58,238 nt of DNA from Candidatus Didemnitutus sp. (GCA_035299365.1 DATGWS010000231.1:1-58238), one strand, 5' to 3'. Shown: positions 34,716 to 43,334, numbered from the stretch's first letter. The notes: a model not told the origin generated them from the letters alone. Program-made: numbers and translations.

Positions 34716-35991
34716 ATCACCCGTCCCATTAGAGCTCATTACTCGATTCAAAAGCCAGCCCGTGGGCATCTCTGAAGTGGAGCTCGTGAAGATCGTGGAG
34801 TCACTGCAAGGGCCATCAAGAAGTCGCGGTGTAGTTGTCGGCATTACGCTTAGCTCAATCGTAGCGCTTTCCGTTGCTGCATTTATCCTTCTGATGCCAA
34901 CGTCTCCTCGCGTGAATGAATTCAGTCCTAAAGCTCAGAGGTTGCCCGTTGAAGGTAACGTTGTATCTCCACTAGGCAATGAGCCATTCTTCAGTTCTAC
35001 AGCGCCGGTAGTTGTCTCAATGGCTGCGGCTACTGAGCCTATTCAACCACGATTTGGCCAGTGTGTTTTGCTTACACCGCAAGAAATCTCTGATCTTGGA
35101 GTGGAGGTAACAGACTCGTCTATCATCCTCCACTCTGAGTTAGGTACGAGTGAGTACTTGAAGGAATATTCGCAACATCACTTTGGACAAACATCATTGG
35201 GATCCACTACGCACGCTTGGATTGAACCAGTTGTCATTGTCAGTGAGGATGGCAAACTGCTTCGCTATCAGAATCCTCAAGTGCAGCCTGAGCAGATACC
35301 AATTCGACATGATAGCAACATCCGGCAGATTGTAGAGCTTCGGATTGATTGGGACGACCCGAAACGTGAAAAGTGGCTGCGTGAGTCTCGAGATGATGCA
35401 AACAACTCAGACTCAACAACCGCTTTTCGATACATATTCATGACGAAGGAACAGACCGATAGCTTTCGTTTAGCATCTCACCTGCAGAGTTTACAGGCAC
35501 AAACCAACACTGTTAGAGCCATCGAGGCTGGCAAACTGATTCCCCTGAGGGTCCGGCTTGCTCGAACGGACTCGCAGATGAGAACTCCAGATGTGACTCT
35601 GTGGTACAAACCAACCGATGACTTTCTTCAGAAACTACCTCCTGGCTTTGCCTCCGCCATTCGGAGCGAGCTTCGTGGGAATAGAGGCTCATGCACCTAC
35701 ACCACATCATGCCTAGAGGTTGGCACTACGCTTCAATTGATCAATGTGCATTTCGATCCGACCTCTGAGCTTGTTCGACTGGAGCTCCGCTCAACTACGG
35801 AGCAACACGTTGTTTTCAAGCTCTTCAACACCATCGGGGTACCCGTAGGATCTGTCTCTCTAGATGCTGTAGAGGGCATCAACAGTCTGCATATTCCGAT
35901 AGCACAAGGCAATCATGGTTTAATCTTCCTGACCGCCAAATCGACTTCAGGGGAACAGGTGACATCGCGAGTGTTCATCGGGCCTCGCTAA
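34708..35991 (+). CDS. membrane-anchored hypothetical protein (anti-sigma candidate by position) with T9SS-CTD-like C-terminus
   Basis: 8-nt overlap with the sigma gene. One TM 'VVVGITLSSIVALSVAAFILL' after a ~40-aa cytoplasmic head. No zf-HC2 or FecR motif seen. Last ~85 aa ('LINVHFDPTSELVRLEL...HGLIFLTAKSTSGEQVTSRVFI') resemble a CTD beta-sandwich. Confidence 0.5.
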   Translation: MTESPVPLELITRFKSQPVGISEVELVKIVESLQGPSRSRGVVVGITLSSIVALSVAAFILLMPTSPRVNEFSPKAQRLPVEGNVVSPLGNEPFFSSTAPVVVSMAAATEPIQPRFGQCVLLTPQEISDLGVEVTDSSIILHSELGTSEYLKEYSQHHFGQTSLGSTTHAWIEPVVIVSEDGKLLRYQNPQVQPEQIPIRHDSNIRQIVELRIDWDDPKREKWLRESRDDANNSDSTTAFRYIFMTKEQTDSFRLASHLQSLQAQTNTVRAIEAGKLIPLRVRLARTDSQMRTPDVTLWYKPTDDFLQKLPPGFASAIRSELRGNRGSCTYTTSCLEVGTTLQLINVHFDPTSELVRLELRSTTEQHVVFKLFNTIGVPVGSVSLDAVEGINSLHIPIAQGNHGLIFLTAKSTSGEQVTSRVFIGPR

Positions 35992-36033
35992 GTGATCGTT
36001 GTGTTCGTTTGGGGAATCTCTCTATTTTTCCTC

Positions 36034-36417
36034 ATGAAGTTCCTCCTCACCACCGCAGTGCTTCTCTTTCTGTATTCTGCCTCTGTAGATGCAGGATCTT
36101 TTGGAGACGTCACAACACAGAAGGCTTCCTCGATGATCTCGTCGAAAAAGGGGCTTCTCATTCTCGATGTTCGCACCCCGGAAGAGTTTGCTAAGGGGCA
36201 CTTAGAACGCGCTCGATTGATGAACTACTACGAGAAGTCGTTCATGGAGCAACTGAAGACACTACCTAGGGACCGCACGCTGTTGATCTATTGCAAGTCC
36301 GGTAGGCGCAGCGCCGAAACGCTGACCAGACTAAAGACTCTGGGCTTTAAGAGCGCGTATAACATGCTCGGTGGCTTCGATGCTTGGTCGAAAGAGAAAC
36401 GGAGATCGACGAAATGA
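36034..36417 (+). CDS. periplasmic rhodanese-domain sulfurtransferase
   Basis: ATG 36034 with signal peptide MKFLLTTAVLLFLYSASVDA. 'ILDVRTPEEFAKGH', active-site loop 'YCKSGRRS', 'GGFDAW'. Confidence 0.8.
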   Translation: MKFLLTTAVLLFLYSASVDAGSFGDVTTQKASSMISSKKGLLILDVRTPEEFAKGHLERARLMNYYEKSFMEQLKTLPRDRTLLIYCKSGRRSAETLTRLKTLGFKSAYNMLGGFDAWSKEKRRSTK

Positions 36418-36424
36418 AGCCCTT

Positions 36425-36464
36425 AGTTACTCAGTTGCGGAGTTACGGGGTTACGGGGTTACGT
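36425..36464 (+). repeat. octamer tandem repeat (RGTTRCKN)x5 just after the rhodanese stop
   Basis: AGTTACTC AGTTGCGG AGTTACGG GGTTACGG GGTTACGT. The GTTAC core is the reverse complement of the GTAAC units at 40282-40309. Confidence 0.75.
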
Positions 36465-36557
36465 TGTGGTTCTGCTGCATCCTGAACTAGCAAAGCCAGT
36501 AGGAATCTATCCATTCCTGAAATTCGCTGAATACCTCCTACCGTACACGCACACCCA

Positions 36558-36614
36558 CGTCTTTTCGTCATCCCGTCACTACGTCATTTCGTCATCGTCA
36601 TTGTCATTGTCATG
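36558..36614 (+). repeat. degenerate (C)GTCAY 6-9-nt tandem array running into the dps start codon
   Basis: CGTCTTTT CGTCATCC CGTCACTA CGTCATTT CGTCAT CGTCATT GTCATT GTCATG, where the last unit contains ATG 36612. Confidence 0.7.
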
Positions 36615-37088
36615 AAAAAAGAACTCAATTCCATTGGCATCGATGCCAAAAAAGCCAAGGATCTCATTCACGATCTGAACGAGCTCTTGGCGAACTATTC
36701 CGTGTTCTACCAAAATGTCCGTGGTTTCCATTGGAACATTCGTGGAGAGAAGTTCTTTGAGTTGCATCTAAAGTTTGAGGAACTCTACACGGACCTTCAA
36801 CTGAAGATCGACGAGATCGCTGAACGCATCCTCACGTTGGGTGGAACGCCCGATCATTCGTTTGCTTCGTACCTCCGTGATTCGCGCGTGAAGCCCGTGG
36901 AGAATGTCAAGGATGGCAAGGTAGCCGTACGCAGCATTCTTACCTCCTTCACAGACCTGCTTACGATACAACGCGAGATCTTGGTCCTCTCGAGCGAAGC
37001 GTCAGACGAAGGCACAAATGCCCTTATGAGTGATTACATCCGTCAGCAAGAGAAACTCGTGTGGATGTATTCAGCGTCGCTCGGATGA
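36612..37088 (+). CDS. dps: Dps-family DNA-protection/ferritin-like protein
   Basis: 'FYQNVRGFHWNIRGEKFFELHLKFEELY' and 'DEIAERILTLGGTP'. Confidence 0.85.
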   Translation: MKKELNSIGIDAKKAKDLIHDLNELLANYSVFYQNVRGFHWNIRGEKFFELHLKFEELYTDLQLKIDEIAERILTLGGTPDHSFASYLRDSRVKPVENVKDGKVAVRSILTSFTDLLTIQREILVLSSEASDEGTNALMSDYIRQQEKLVWMYSASLG

Positions 37089-38011
37089 TCACCATCGTAG
37101 GAGCCGGCAGCACGCTGGCAGCAACTCTCGTTCCCCTCCTCATTGAAGAGACAGAAGCCCCCTTGCATCTGATCTCTTCACGACCTTTGCCGTATCAGAA
37201 CGAGCGGATCCGGATGACCGTGCTGGATGTGACGGATAAGACTGCATTGAAGCCTGCCATCATGGGAGCACAGCCACAAACGATCATTAACTGTGCAGCG
37301 ATGACAAACGTTGACAAGTGTGAGACGGACCGGCAGACTGCGTGGGCTGTGAACGTGACGCTTGTGGAGAATCTCACAAGACTTGCCCGCATTGTTGATG
37401 CTCGTATGATCCAGGTCTCCACAGACTATGTCTTTGATGGGTTAAAGGGGCCTTATGCAGAGAACGCAGTTCCCAACCCCATCAGCTATTACGGCAAATC
37501 AAAACTTGCCGGTGAGAATGTATGCTTGAGTGGTAGTAGTGGTGCGGCCATCGTGCGGACAAACGTTGTGTATGGTCCGCCCAGTGAGCGTCCTGACTTT
37601 GTACGCTGGGTGATTGATGCTCTTGAATCGGGAACACCGATCCGCGTTGTAGACGATCAGCATTCAAACCCTACCTACGTTGAGGATGTTGCTGATGCTA
37701 TATCACGGATCGTCCAGCGCAAGCGTTCTGGTATATACCATGTAGGTGGTGCCGACTACATGACGCGATTCGAGTTTGCCGTGAAGATCGCCGAATTCTT
37801 CAAGGGAAATGTGTCGTTGATACGTCCGGTCAGCACTGCGGAATTGGCTCAGACCGCCCGACGTCCAATGAGAGGTGGGCTTATCTCGTTGAAGGCAGAG
37901 ACCGACCTACGCATGACCATGCGCGGCATCGAAAGTGGTCTTGCTTCAATTCGTCACGCTATGATGTCTAAGCATTCCAATATGGTCGGTCCAGGTTCCG
38001 GTATTGAATAG
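37085..38011 (+). CDS. RmlD-like SDR (dTDP-4-dehydrorhamnose reductase family)
   Basis: ATG 37085 overlaps the dps stop (ATGA). 'INCAAMTNVDKCE', 'VSTDYVFDG', 'YYGKSKLAGE', 'VDDQHSNPTYVEDVA'. Confidence 0.7.
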   Translation: MITIVGAGSTLAATLVPLLIEETEAPLHLISSRPLPYQNERIRMTVLDVTDKTALKPAIMGAQPQTIINCAAMTNVDKCETDRQTAWAVNVTLVENLTRLARIVDARMIQVSTDYVFDGLKGPYAENAVPNPISYYGKSKLAGENVCLSGSSGAAIVRTNVVYGPPSERPDFVRWVIDALESGTPIRVVDDQHSNPTYVEDVADAISRIVQRKRSGIYHVGGADYMTRFEFAVKIAEFFKGNVSLIRPVSTAELAQTARRPMRGGLISLKAETDLRMTMRGIESGLASIRHAMMSKHSNMVGPGSGIE

Positions 38012-39512
38012 CTTCGTTCACATGATGTTCGTTGATCTCTTGGCTTGACGCTAGATCGGCAATGGTTCTCGACACCTTGATAATTCGGTCATAGGCCCGA
38101 GCAGACAGATGGAGTTTGTTCATTGCAACGCTTAGAGCCTGTTTGGCCTGTGCATTCAAGTCGCAAAACACCTCCAAGTCCTTTGTTGACATGTCCGCAT
38201 TCTTGTACAGATGCGCATGGGCAGCAAAACGCTCATTCTGGATGCGACGGGACTCGATCACCCTCTCACGTATCGACCGGGATGATTCGCCCGGCTCGAG
38301 TTGAACCAGGTCATTCACGTTCACAGCAGGCACATCAACGTGGATGTCTATCCGGTCTAGCAATGGCCCCGAAATCTTGGACATATACCGTTGAACGTCC
38401 TGTGGCGTGCACCTGCACTCTCGACGCATGCTTCCAAAGTTTCCGCACGGACATGGATTCATTGAGCTTACAAGCATAAAGTTTGCTGGGTACTCCACCG
38501 TCATGCGTGTGCGTGACAGGCGTATCCGATGTTCTTCAAGGGGCTGACGGAGCACCTCCAGCACATTCCGTTGAAACTCGGGAACCTCATCGAGAAACAA
38601 CACCCCATGATGCGCCAGTGTGATCTCGCCCGCGCGGACCACTCCCACGCCCCCTCCCACCAACGCGGCATCACTGATCGTGTGATGAGGGGCGCGGAAG
38701 GGGCGCTGCGTCACAAGAGGCTGACCAGGGGGGAGAAGGCCCGCCACCGAGTGAATGGTTGTGGTCTCCAGAGCTTCAGCAAGGCTCAGAGGTGGAAGAA
38801 TGGTAGCCAGACGTTTTGCGAGCATGGTTTTTCCGGCTCCTGGTGGGCCTACCATGATGAGGTTGTGTCCTCCTGCTGCGGCCACTTCCAGGGCTCGCTT
38901 TACTCCAAGCTGACCCTTAACGTCCTTCATGTCTGTGGTATGCCTTGATGACGCAGCAGCGAACACGGCGTCGATATCAAGTGTATGGGGCTCCTGTGCG
39001 GTGTTTCCTGTCACCAATTCGATGGCTTCATCCAAGGATTGAACCCCGAACACATGTACACCATGAACAATAGCCCCCTCATCAACATTCTTCTGTGGTA
39101 CGATGAGTCTTTTCACGCCACGTTTATGAAGCATCATGGCCACGGGTAACACACCATGAGCCGGTCGCACAACACCGTCAAATGCCAGTTCTCCTAGAAA
39201 TGCCGTGTCATCGAGATCCTTGGCTTCAATCAAGCCCATGGCCTGCAGCATGCCGATGGCAATGGGTAGATCAAAGGCACTCCCTTCCTTTCGAACATCT
39301 GCCGGGGCCAAATTCACGATGATTCGTCGAGGCTGCCAGTCATATCCAGCATGATGCAGTGCAGCCACGACACGTTCTCGTGACTCTCGAACGGAGTTAT
39401 CTGGCAAGCCCACGATTTGAAAGGCAGGCAAGGCCGTCTCAATCGTTACCTCGATCTCCACGGGAAATGCTCCAATCCCAACCACCGATGCAGAATGCGT
39501 CTTTGCGTACAT
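37968..39512 (-). CDS. comM: YifB/ComM-family Mg-chelatase-like AAA+ ATPase
   Basis: N-terminal Lon-protease-like domain. Walker A 'GPPGAGKTMLAKR', Walker B 'HHGVLFLDEVPEF', C-terminal 'SARAYDRIIKVSRTIADL'. Confidence 0.85.
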   Translation of the reverse strand: MYAKTHSASVVGIGAFPVEIEVTIETALPAFQIVGLPDNSVRESRERVVAALHHAGYDWQPRRIIVNLAPADVRKEGSAFDLPIAIGMLQAMGLIEAKDLDDTAFLGELAFDGVVRPAHGVLPVAMMLHKRGVKRLIVPQKNVDEGAIVHGVHVFGVQSLDEAIELVTGNTAQEPHTLDIDAVFAAASSRHTTDMKDVKGQLGVKRALEVAAAGGHNLIMVGPPGAGKTMLAKRLATILPPLSLAEALETTTIHSVAGLLPPGQPLVTQRPFRAPHHTISDAALVGGGVGVVRAGEITLAHHGVLFLDEVPEFQRNVLEVLRQPLEEHRIRLSRTRMTVEYPANFMLVSSMNPCPCGNFGSMRRECRCTPQDVQRYMSKISGPLLDRIDIHVDVPAVNVNDLVQLEPGESSRSIRERVIESRRIQNERFAAHAHLYKNADMSTKDLEVFCDLNAQAKQALSVAMNKLHLSARAYDRIIKVSRTIADLASSQEINEHHVNEAIQYRNLDRPYWNA

Positions 39513-39585
39513 GTAGCGTCCTTTTGTGCGTATATATCTACGTGTCGTGAGGAGGACAAAACGTGACGCGGTACCTTTGCAGACT

Positions 39586-40200
39586 ATGGCAGCAGCAAAA
39601 AAGCAGAAGTGGTACGTTGTGTGGTCCGGACATCATCCGGGCATCTACACAAAGTGGGACGAGGCAAAGAAGCAGATCCACGGTGTGGCCGGAGCCAAAT
39701 ACAAGTCCTATGACACGCTCTCGGAAGCCAAAGAAGCATTCGAGACTGGTCCAGTGCGCCTTGTAACACAACGTGCAGCAGCAACCGTTCGCAACTGCCT
39801 CCTCCCATCATTCGCCGTGGATGCCGCATGCGACATGACAACTGGCGTTATGGAATACCGGGGCGTTGATATTGAAACCGGTGCAGAAATCTTCCGCATG
39901 GGACCGTACCAAGACTCGTCGAATAACCTCGGCGAATTCCTCGCCATTGTTCATTGTTTGGCCTTCTGCAAACAACGTGGACTCACCGAGCCGATCTACA
40001 CTGACTCCCGCACCGCCCTCGCATGGATCCGTCACCGCAAAGCAAAAACCACCGTTGAACGTACGGCCGGCAATGCCCCCGTCTTCGAACTCATTACTCG
40101 CGCCGAACAATGGTTGGAGAAGAACACGTATCCCAATCGTATTCTGAAATGGGAAACAAAGGAATGGGGCGAAAACCCTGCGGACTTTGGAAGGAAGTGA
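39586..40200 (+). CDS. rnhA: RNase H type 1 with N-terminal hybrid-binding (viroplasmin-like) domain
   Basis: Trimmed to ATG 39586. HBD 'KWYVVWSGHHPGIYTKWDEAKKQIHGVAGAKYKSYDTLSEAKEAF'. RNase H core with acidic residues in 'AVDAACD', 'NNLGEFLAIVH' and 'IYTDSRTAL'. Confidence 0.75.
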   Translation: MAAAKKQKWYVVWSGHHPGIYTKWDEAKKQIHGVAGAKYKSYDTLSEAKEAFETGPVRLVTQRAAATVRNCLLPSFAVDAACDMTTGVMEYRGVDIETGAEIFRMGPYQDSSNNLGEFLAIVHCLAFCKQRGLTEPIYTDSRTALAWIRHRKAKTTVERTAGNAPVFELITRAEQWLEKNTYPNRILKWETKEWGENPADFGRK

Positions 40201-40270
40201 ACAGCGAATAGTGAATAGTGAATAGCGAACAGCGAACAGTGAACAGTGAACAGCGAACAGTGAACAGTGA
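40201..40270 (+). repeat. heptamer tandem repeat (AYAGYGA)x10 starting right after, and in register with, the RNase H stop codon
   Basis: ACAGCGA ATAGTGA ATAGTGA ATAGCGA ACAGCGA ACAGTGA ACAGTGA ACAGCGA ACAGTGA ACAGTGA. The stop TGA (40198-40200) continues the GTGAACA register. Confidence 0.9.
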
Positions 40271-40281
40271 ATGGTAGATTT

Positions 40282-40309
40282 GTAACTAGTAACTAGTAAC
40301 CAGTAACTA
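40282..40309 (+). repeat. second heptamer tandem repeat (GTAACYA)x4 upstream of dut
   Basis: GTAACTA GTAACTA GTAACCA GTAACTA, ending 13 nt before the dut start at 40323. Confidence 0.85.
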
Positions 40310-40322
40310 CTCTTGGTTCTTT

Positions 40323-40769
40323 GTGAACATCAACCTCCAACATCTTCCTCATGCGGCTGGTTTGCCCCTTCCCACCTTTGCTTCGGAGGGTGCTGCGGGC
40401 ATGGATGTGTGTGCTGCTGTGTCCGAACCGATGGTCCTAGGTGCTGGGAAGGTGGTGTTGGTACCAACAGGAGTGTGCGTTGCAATACCACGTGGATATG
40501 AAATGCAGGTTCGATCGCGCAGTGGCCTTGCAGCGAAGCAGGGTGTGTTTGCCTTGAATTCTCCGGGCACCATCGATAGTGATTATCGTGGCGAGGTAAA
40601 GGTGATTCTCGCCAATTTCTCAAATGAGGATGTGATCATTGAACGCGGAACACGGATTGCGCAGCTTGTGGTAGCCCGCCATGAGACAGTAACGTGGAAT
40701 GTTGTTGAAACCCTCGATGACACCGTTCGAGGTGAAGGCGGATTTGGTAGCACAGGAGTCCATCCATGA
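40323..40769 (+). CDS. dut: dUTP diphosphatase
   Basis: GTG start. 'GAAGMDV', 'RSRSGLAAKQG', 'GTIDSDYRGE', 'RGEGGFGSTG'. Confidence 0.9.
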   Translation: MNINLQHLPHAAGLPLPTFASEGAAGMDVCAAVSEPMVLGAGKVVLVPTGVCVAIPRGYEMQVRSRSGLAAKQGVFALNSPGTIDSDYRGEVKVILANFSNEDVIIERGTRIAQLVVARHETVTWNVVETLDDTVRGEGGFGSTGVHP

Positions 40770-41209
40770 CAGTTTCAATCGGATCTGACCACGCTGGCTT
40801 TATCTACAAAGAAGCACTCAAGCAAATGCTTGTTGATGACGGATATGTTGTTCTGGACGTAGGAACGTATAGCGCGGAATCTGTGGACTACCCGGACTAT
40901 GGTGCTGCTGCTGCACATCTTGTTCGTGATAACCATGCAGACTTTGGCGTGGTTATCTGTGGCTCGGGTATAGGGATCTCCATCGCTGCTAACAAGGTGC
41001 GCGGCATTCGTGCTGCCAATTGTACCAGCGTGGAGTTGGCCCAACTGGCACGTATGCACAACGATGCAAATGTGATCGCCATTGGACAACGTATTGTGTC
41101 TATCGAACTCGCACAAGAGATGGTTCGTGTGTTCTTGACCACAGAGTTTGAAGGGGGCAGGCATCAACGTCGGGTTGAAAAGATCGACGAGCTTGGAGAC
41201 TTACAATGA
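40766..41209 (+). CDS. rpiB: ribose-5-phosphate isomerase B
   Basis: 'IGSDHAGF' and 'GVVICGSGIGISIAANKVRGIRAA'. ATGA overlaps on both sides. Confidence 0.85.
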   Translation: MTVSIGSDHAGFIYKEALKQMLVDDGYVVLDVGTYSAESVDYPDYGAAAAHLVRDNHADFGVVICGSGIGISIAANKVRGIRAANCTSVELAQLARMHNDANVIAIGQRIVSIELAQEMVRVFLTTEFEGGRHQRRVEKIDELGDLQ

Positions 41210-41937
41210 GCGTTGATGTAATGGTGCTCTCTGCACATCCGGATGATGCAGAACTCTCGTGCAGCGGAACAGTAAAGAAACTTACAAACGAGGGTAGATC
41301 TGTTGTTTTTGTGGAGTGTACGCGCGGCGAACTGGGTACACGTGGTTCTGCCGAACTGCGAGAACAAGAAGCAACAGAGGCAGCACGTATCCTTGGGGTT
41401 AACGATCGTGAGTGTCTCGACATGCCTGATGGTCACATCATGCATACAAATGAGAACATTCATGCAGTGATCCGTTCTCTCAGAACGTGGAAGCCAAATC
41501 TCCTCCTCATTCCACCGCCGTTTGAACGTCATCCCGACCACGAAGCAGTGCACAAACTCGCACGTGCTGCCGCGTTTCTTGCGGGCCTTACCAAGATCTC
41601 AACGCAGGCAAATGGAAGCGAGCAGCATCCTCATCGTCCAACAAGAATGTTGTGCTTTCAACAGCAGTATGATTTTCCCCGCGAGCCCGATGTCTATGTG
41701 GACATTTCGGATACGTTTGATGCAAAGATGGCTTCCATCAAGGCCTTCTCTTCGCAATTCTATCTTCCGGATCTGTACACGAGCGATGAGCCTACTACCT
41801 TTATCTCTCGTCCGGGATTCCTCGAAGAAATCGAAGCGCGTGCCCTCTATCTTGGCAGTCGCATCGGCGTGCGATACGCCGAGGCCTACCTTGCCATAGA
41901 GCCCCTTGCCGTATCGTCCTTGAGCGTGTTTCTCTGA
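41206..41937 (+). CDS. bshB1: bacillithiol biosynthesis deacetylase BshB1 (PIG-L family)
   Basis: 'LSAHPDDAELSCSGT', 'TRGELGTRGSAELREQEATEAARILGV', 'ERHPDHEAV', 'SQF'. Confidence 0.75.
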   Translation: MSVDVMVLSAHPDDAELSCSGTVKKLTNEGRSVVFVECTRGELGTRGSAELREQEATEAARILGVNDRECLDMPDGHIMHTNENIHAVIRSLRTWKPNLLLIPPPFERHPDHEAVHKLARAAAFLAGLTKISTQANGSEQHPHRPTRMLCFQQQYDFPREPDVYVDISDTFDAKMASIKAFSSQFYLPDLYTSDEPTTFISRPGFLEEIEARALYLGSRIGVRYAEAYLAIEPLAVSSLSVFL

Positions 41938-41943
41938 TCGATG

Positions 41944-42399
41944 CTATTTAGCGCGTTGGTCTCTCAGCCGCGCCAGATGTTCAGCCTTTACCGCGCCAAC
42001 TTCTTCTGCCGTGATCTTCACCGTTCGTTTGCCAATGTTCTGCATCGCATACATCGCTACGGCTGCAAGATCTTCATCTGAGTATGGAGCAGGGGGCATT
42101 CCCAACCGTATACCCGGCTGACCATAGACGGTTCTCCCACTAGCACCAAACGCCAGGACGAGAATCAGATCGCGAGGCTCACTCTTCCAGACCTCGCGAG
42201 TGCGTATATCGTATGGCCCCTTCCCTCCGGATCCATCAGAGCCATGACAGCGCTGACAGTATTGGTCATACACCACACGTCCACGCTCGCTTACGTCACC
42301 GCTGGTACCGGTACGAATGGCAAAAACCAGCGTTGAAGCTACTAGTCCGAGGAACAGAACAACGTTCCATTTCATAGTTGAACTCAGGTTCATCGTCAT
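41944..42399 (-). CDS. membrane-anchored mono-haem c-type cytochrome
   Basis: N-terminal TM 'WNVVLFLGLVASTLVFAI'. Haem site 'CQRCHGSDGSGG' and distal 'GMPPAP'. Confidence 0.7.
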   Translation of the reverse strand: MTMNLSSTMKWNVVLFLGLVASTLVFAIRTGTSGDVSERGRVVYDQYCQRCHGSDGSGGKGPYDIRTREVWKSEPRDLILVLAFGASGRTVYGQPGIRLGMPPAPYSDEDLAAVAMYAMQNIGKRTVKITAEEVGAVKAEHLARLRDQRAK

Positions 42400-42419
42400 A
42401 AAATGAGCAAATTCCCGTT

Positions 42420-43334
42420 ATGGCACGCCTCGATGTAGAGACTTATCATATCCCCGTCATGCTCCGAGAGTGCATTTCCCACCTGACAATGGTGCCACAC
42501 GGTGTGTATGTAGACGGCACGCTGGGTGGTGGCGGACACACAGCAGCCATGTTGTCTGTTGCTACTGAGGACTCTCGTATCTATGCCTTTGACGCAGACG
42601 AAAAGGCCATCGAGCATTGTCAGTCGCGGTTTGCAGAGGAATTGTCAAGGGGCGATGCATCGCGCCTGGTACTGGTCCATGCAAACTTCGACACCATGGC
42701 AGAGGTCCTCAAAGAGCGGGTGATTTCTCGTGGCCAGGCGGTGAATGGCATCTTGCTGGACCTAGGCGTCTCTTCGTTTCAGTTTGACCATCACCACCGT
42801 GGTTTTAGTTTCCGCTACATGGCACCGCTCGATATGCGTTTTATGCCGGAAGGCGAGACAGCAGCTGATATCCTCAATACGCGCACGGAGCCGGAGCTGG
42901 CGCAAATCTTCCGCGATTTTGGAGATGAGCCTCAAGCATGGCGTTTAGCCAAGGCCATCGGACAGAGACGCCAGCTAGCTCGGTTTGCCACTACCGCAGA
43001 TCTGCGAGACCTTGTTATCCAGCAGATTCCTCCTCAACACCAGCCCAAAACAATGGCGCGGTTGTTCCAAGCTCTACGCATCGCCGTTAACCGTGAACTT
43101 GACCGTCTTGAGTCAACACTGCTTTCGATGATTCCGATTCTCGCTCCCCACGGAAGAATCGTAGTGATGAGCTATCACAGTGGTGAGGACCGTGTTGTGA
43201 AGAACGTCTTCCGTAGTCATAGTGAGACTCTCACAACGATCACCAAGAAGGCAATTGAGGCTTCCCCTGAGGAAGTGTACGAGAATCCGCGGGCCAGAAG
43301 CGCACGACTGCGCGTTGCGGAGCGTAGACCGTAA
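42420..43334 (+). CDS. rsmH: 16S rRNA (cytosine1402-N4)-methyltransferase RsmH/MraW
   Basis: 'HIPVMLREC', 'DGTLGGGGH', 'LDLGVSSFQFD', 'SYHSGEDRVVK'. Confidence 0.9.
   Translation: MARLDVETYHIPVMLRECISHLTMVPHGVYVDGTLGGGGHTAAMLSVATEDSRIYAFDADEKAIEHCQSRFAEELSRGDASRLVLVHANFDTMAEVLKERVISRGQAVNGILLDLGVSSFQFDHHHRGFSFRYMAPLDMRFMPEGETAADILNTRTEPELAQIFRDFGDEPQAWRLAKAIGQRRQLARFATTADLRDLVIQQIPPQHQPKTMARLFQALRIAVNRELDRLESTLLSMIPILAPHGRIVVMSYHSGEDRVVKNVFRSHSETLTTITKKAIEASPEEVYENPRARSARLRVAERRP

Noticed and set aside
37968-38011. Convergent gene-end overlaps (RmlD-like/ComM 44 nt, ASST-like/TonB receptor 35 nt at 52923-52957) as possible antisense regulation or annotation error.
   Set aside because: Both partners of each pair have intact family-typical C-termini up to the overlap. 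Such overlaps are common in compact genomes, and I have no evidence for a specific function.
40201-40309. Possible CRISPR array, given the regular short repeats in an intergenic region.
   Set aside because: The units are 7 nt and directly abutting with no spacers. There are no cas genes in the window and no 25-40-nt repeat periodicity. These are simple tandem repeats.
41164-41553. Sizeable antisense or alternative-frame ORFs inside well-supported genes (for example 1538-1984, 8565-9006, 21068-21496, 32046-32573, 41164-41553, 45029-45493, 57000-57476).
   Set aside because: Each lies wholly within a gene that has strong family motifs. Their translations are low-complexity or Arg/Ser/Cys-rich without motifs. 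They are shadow ORFs.
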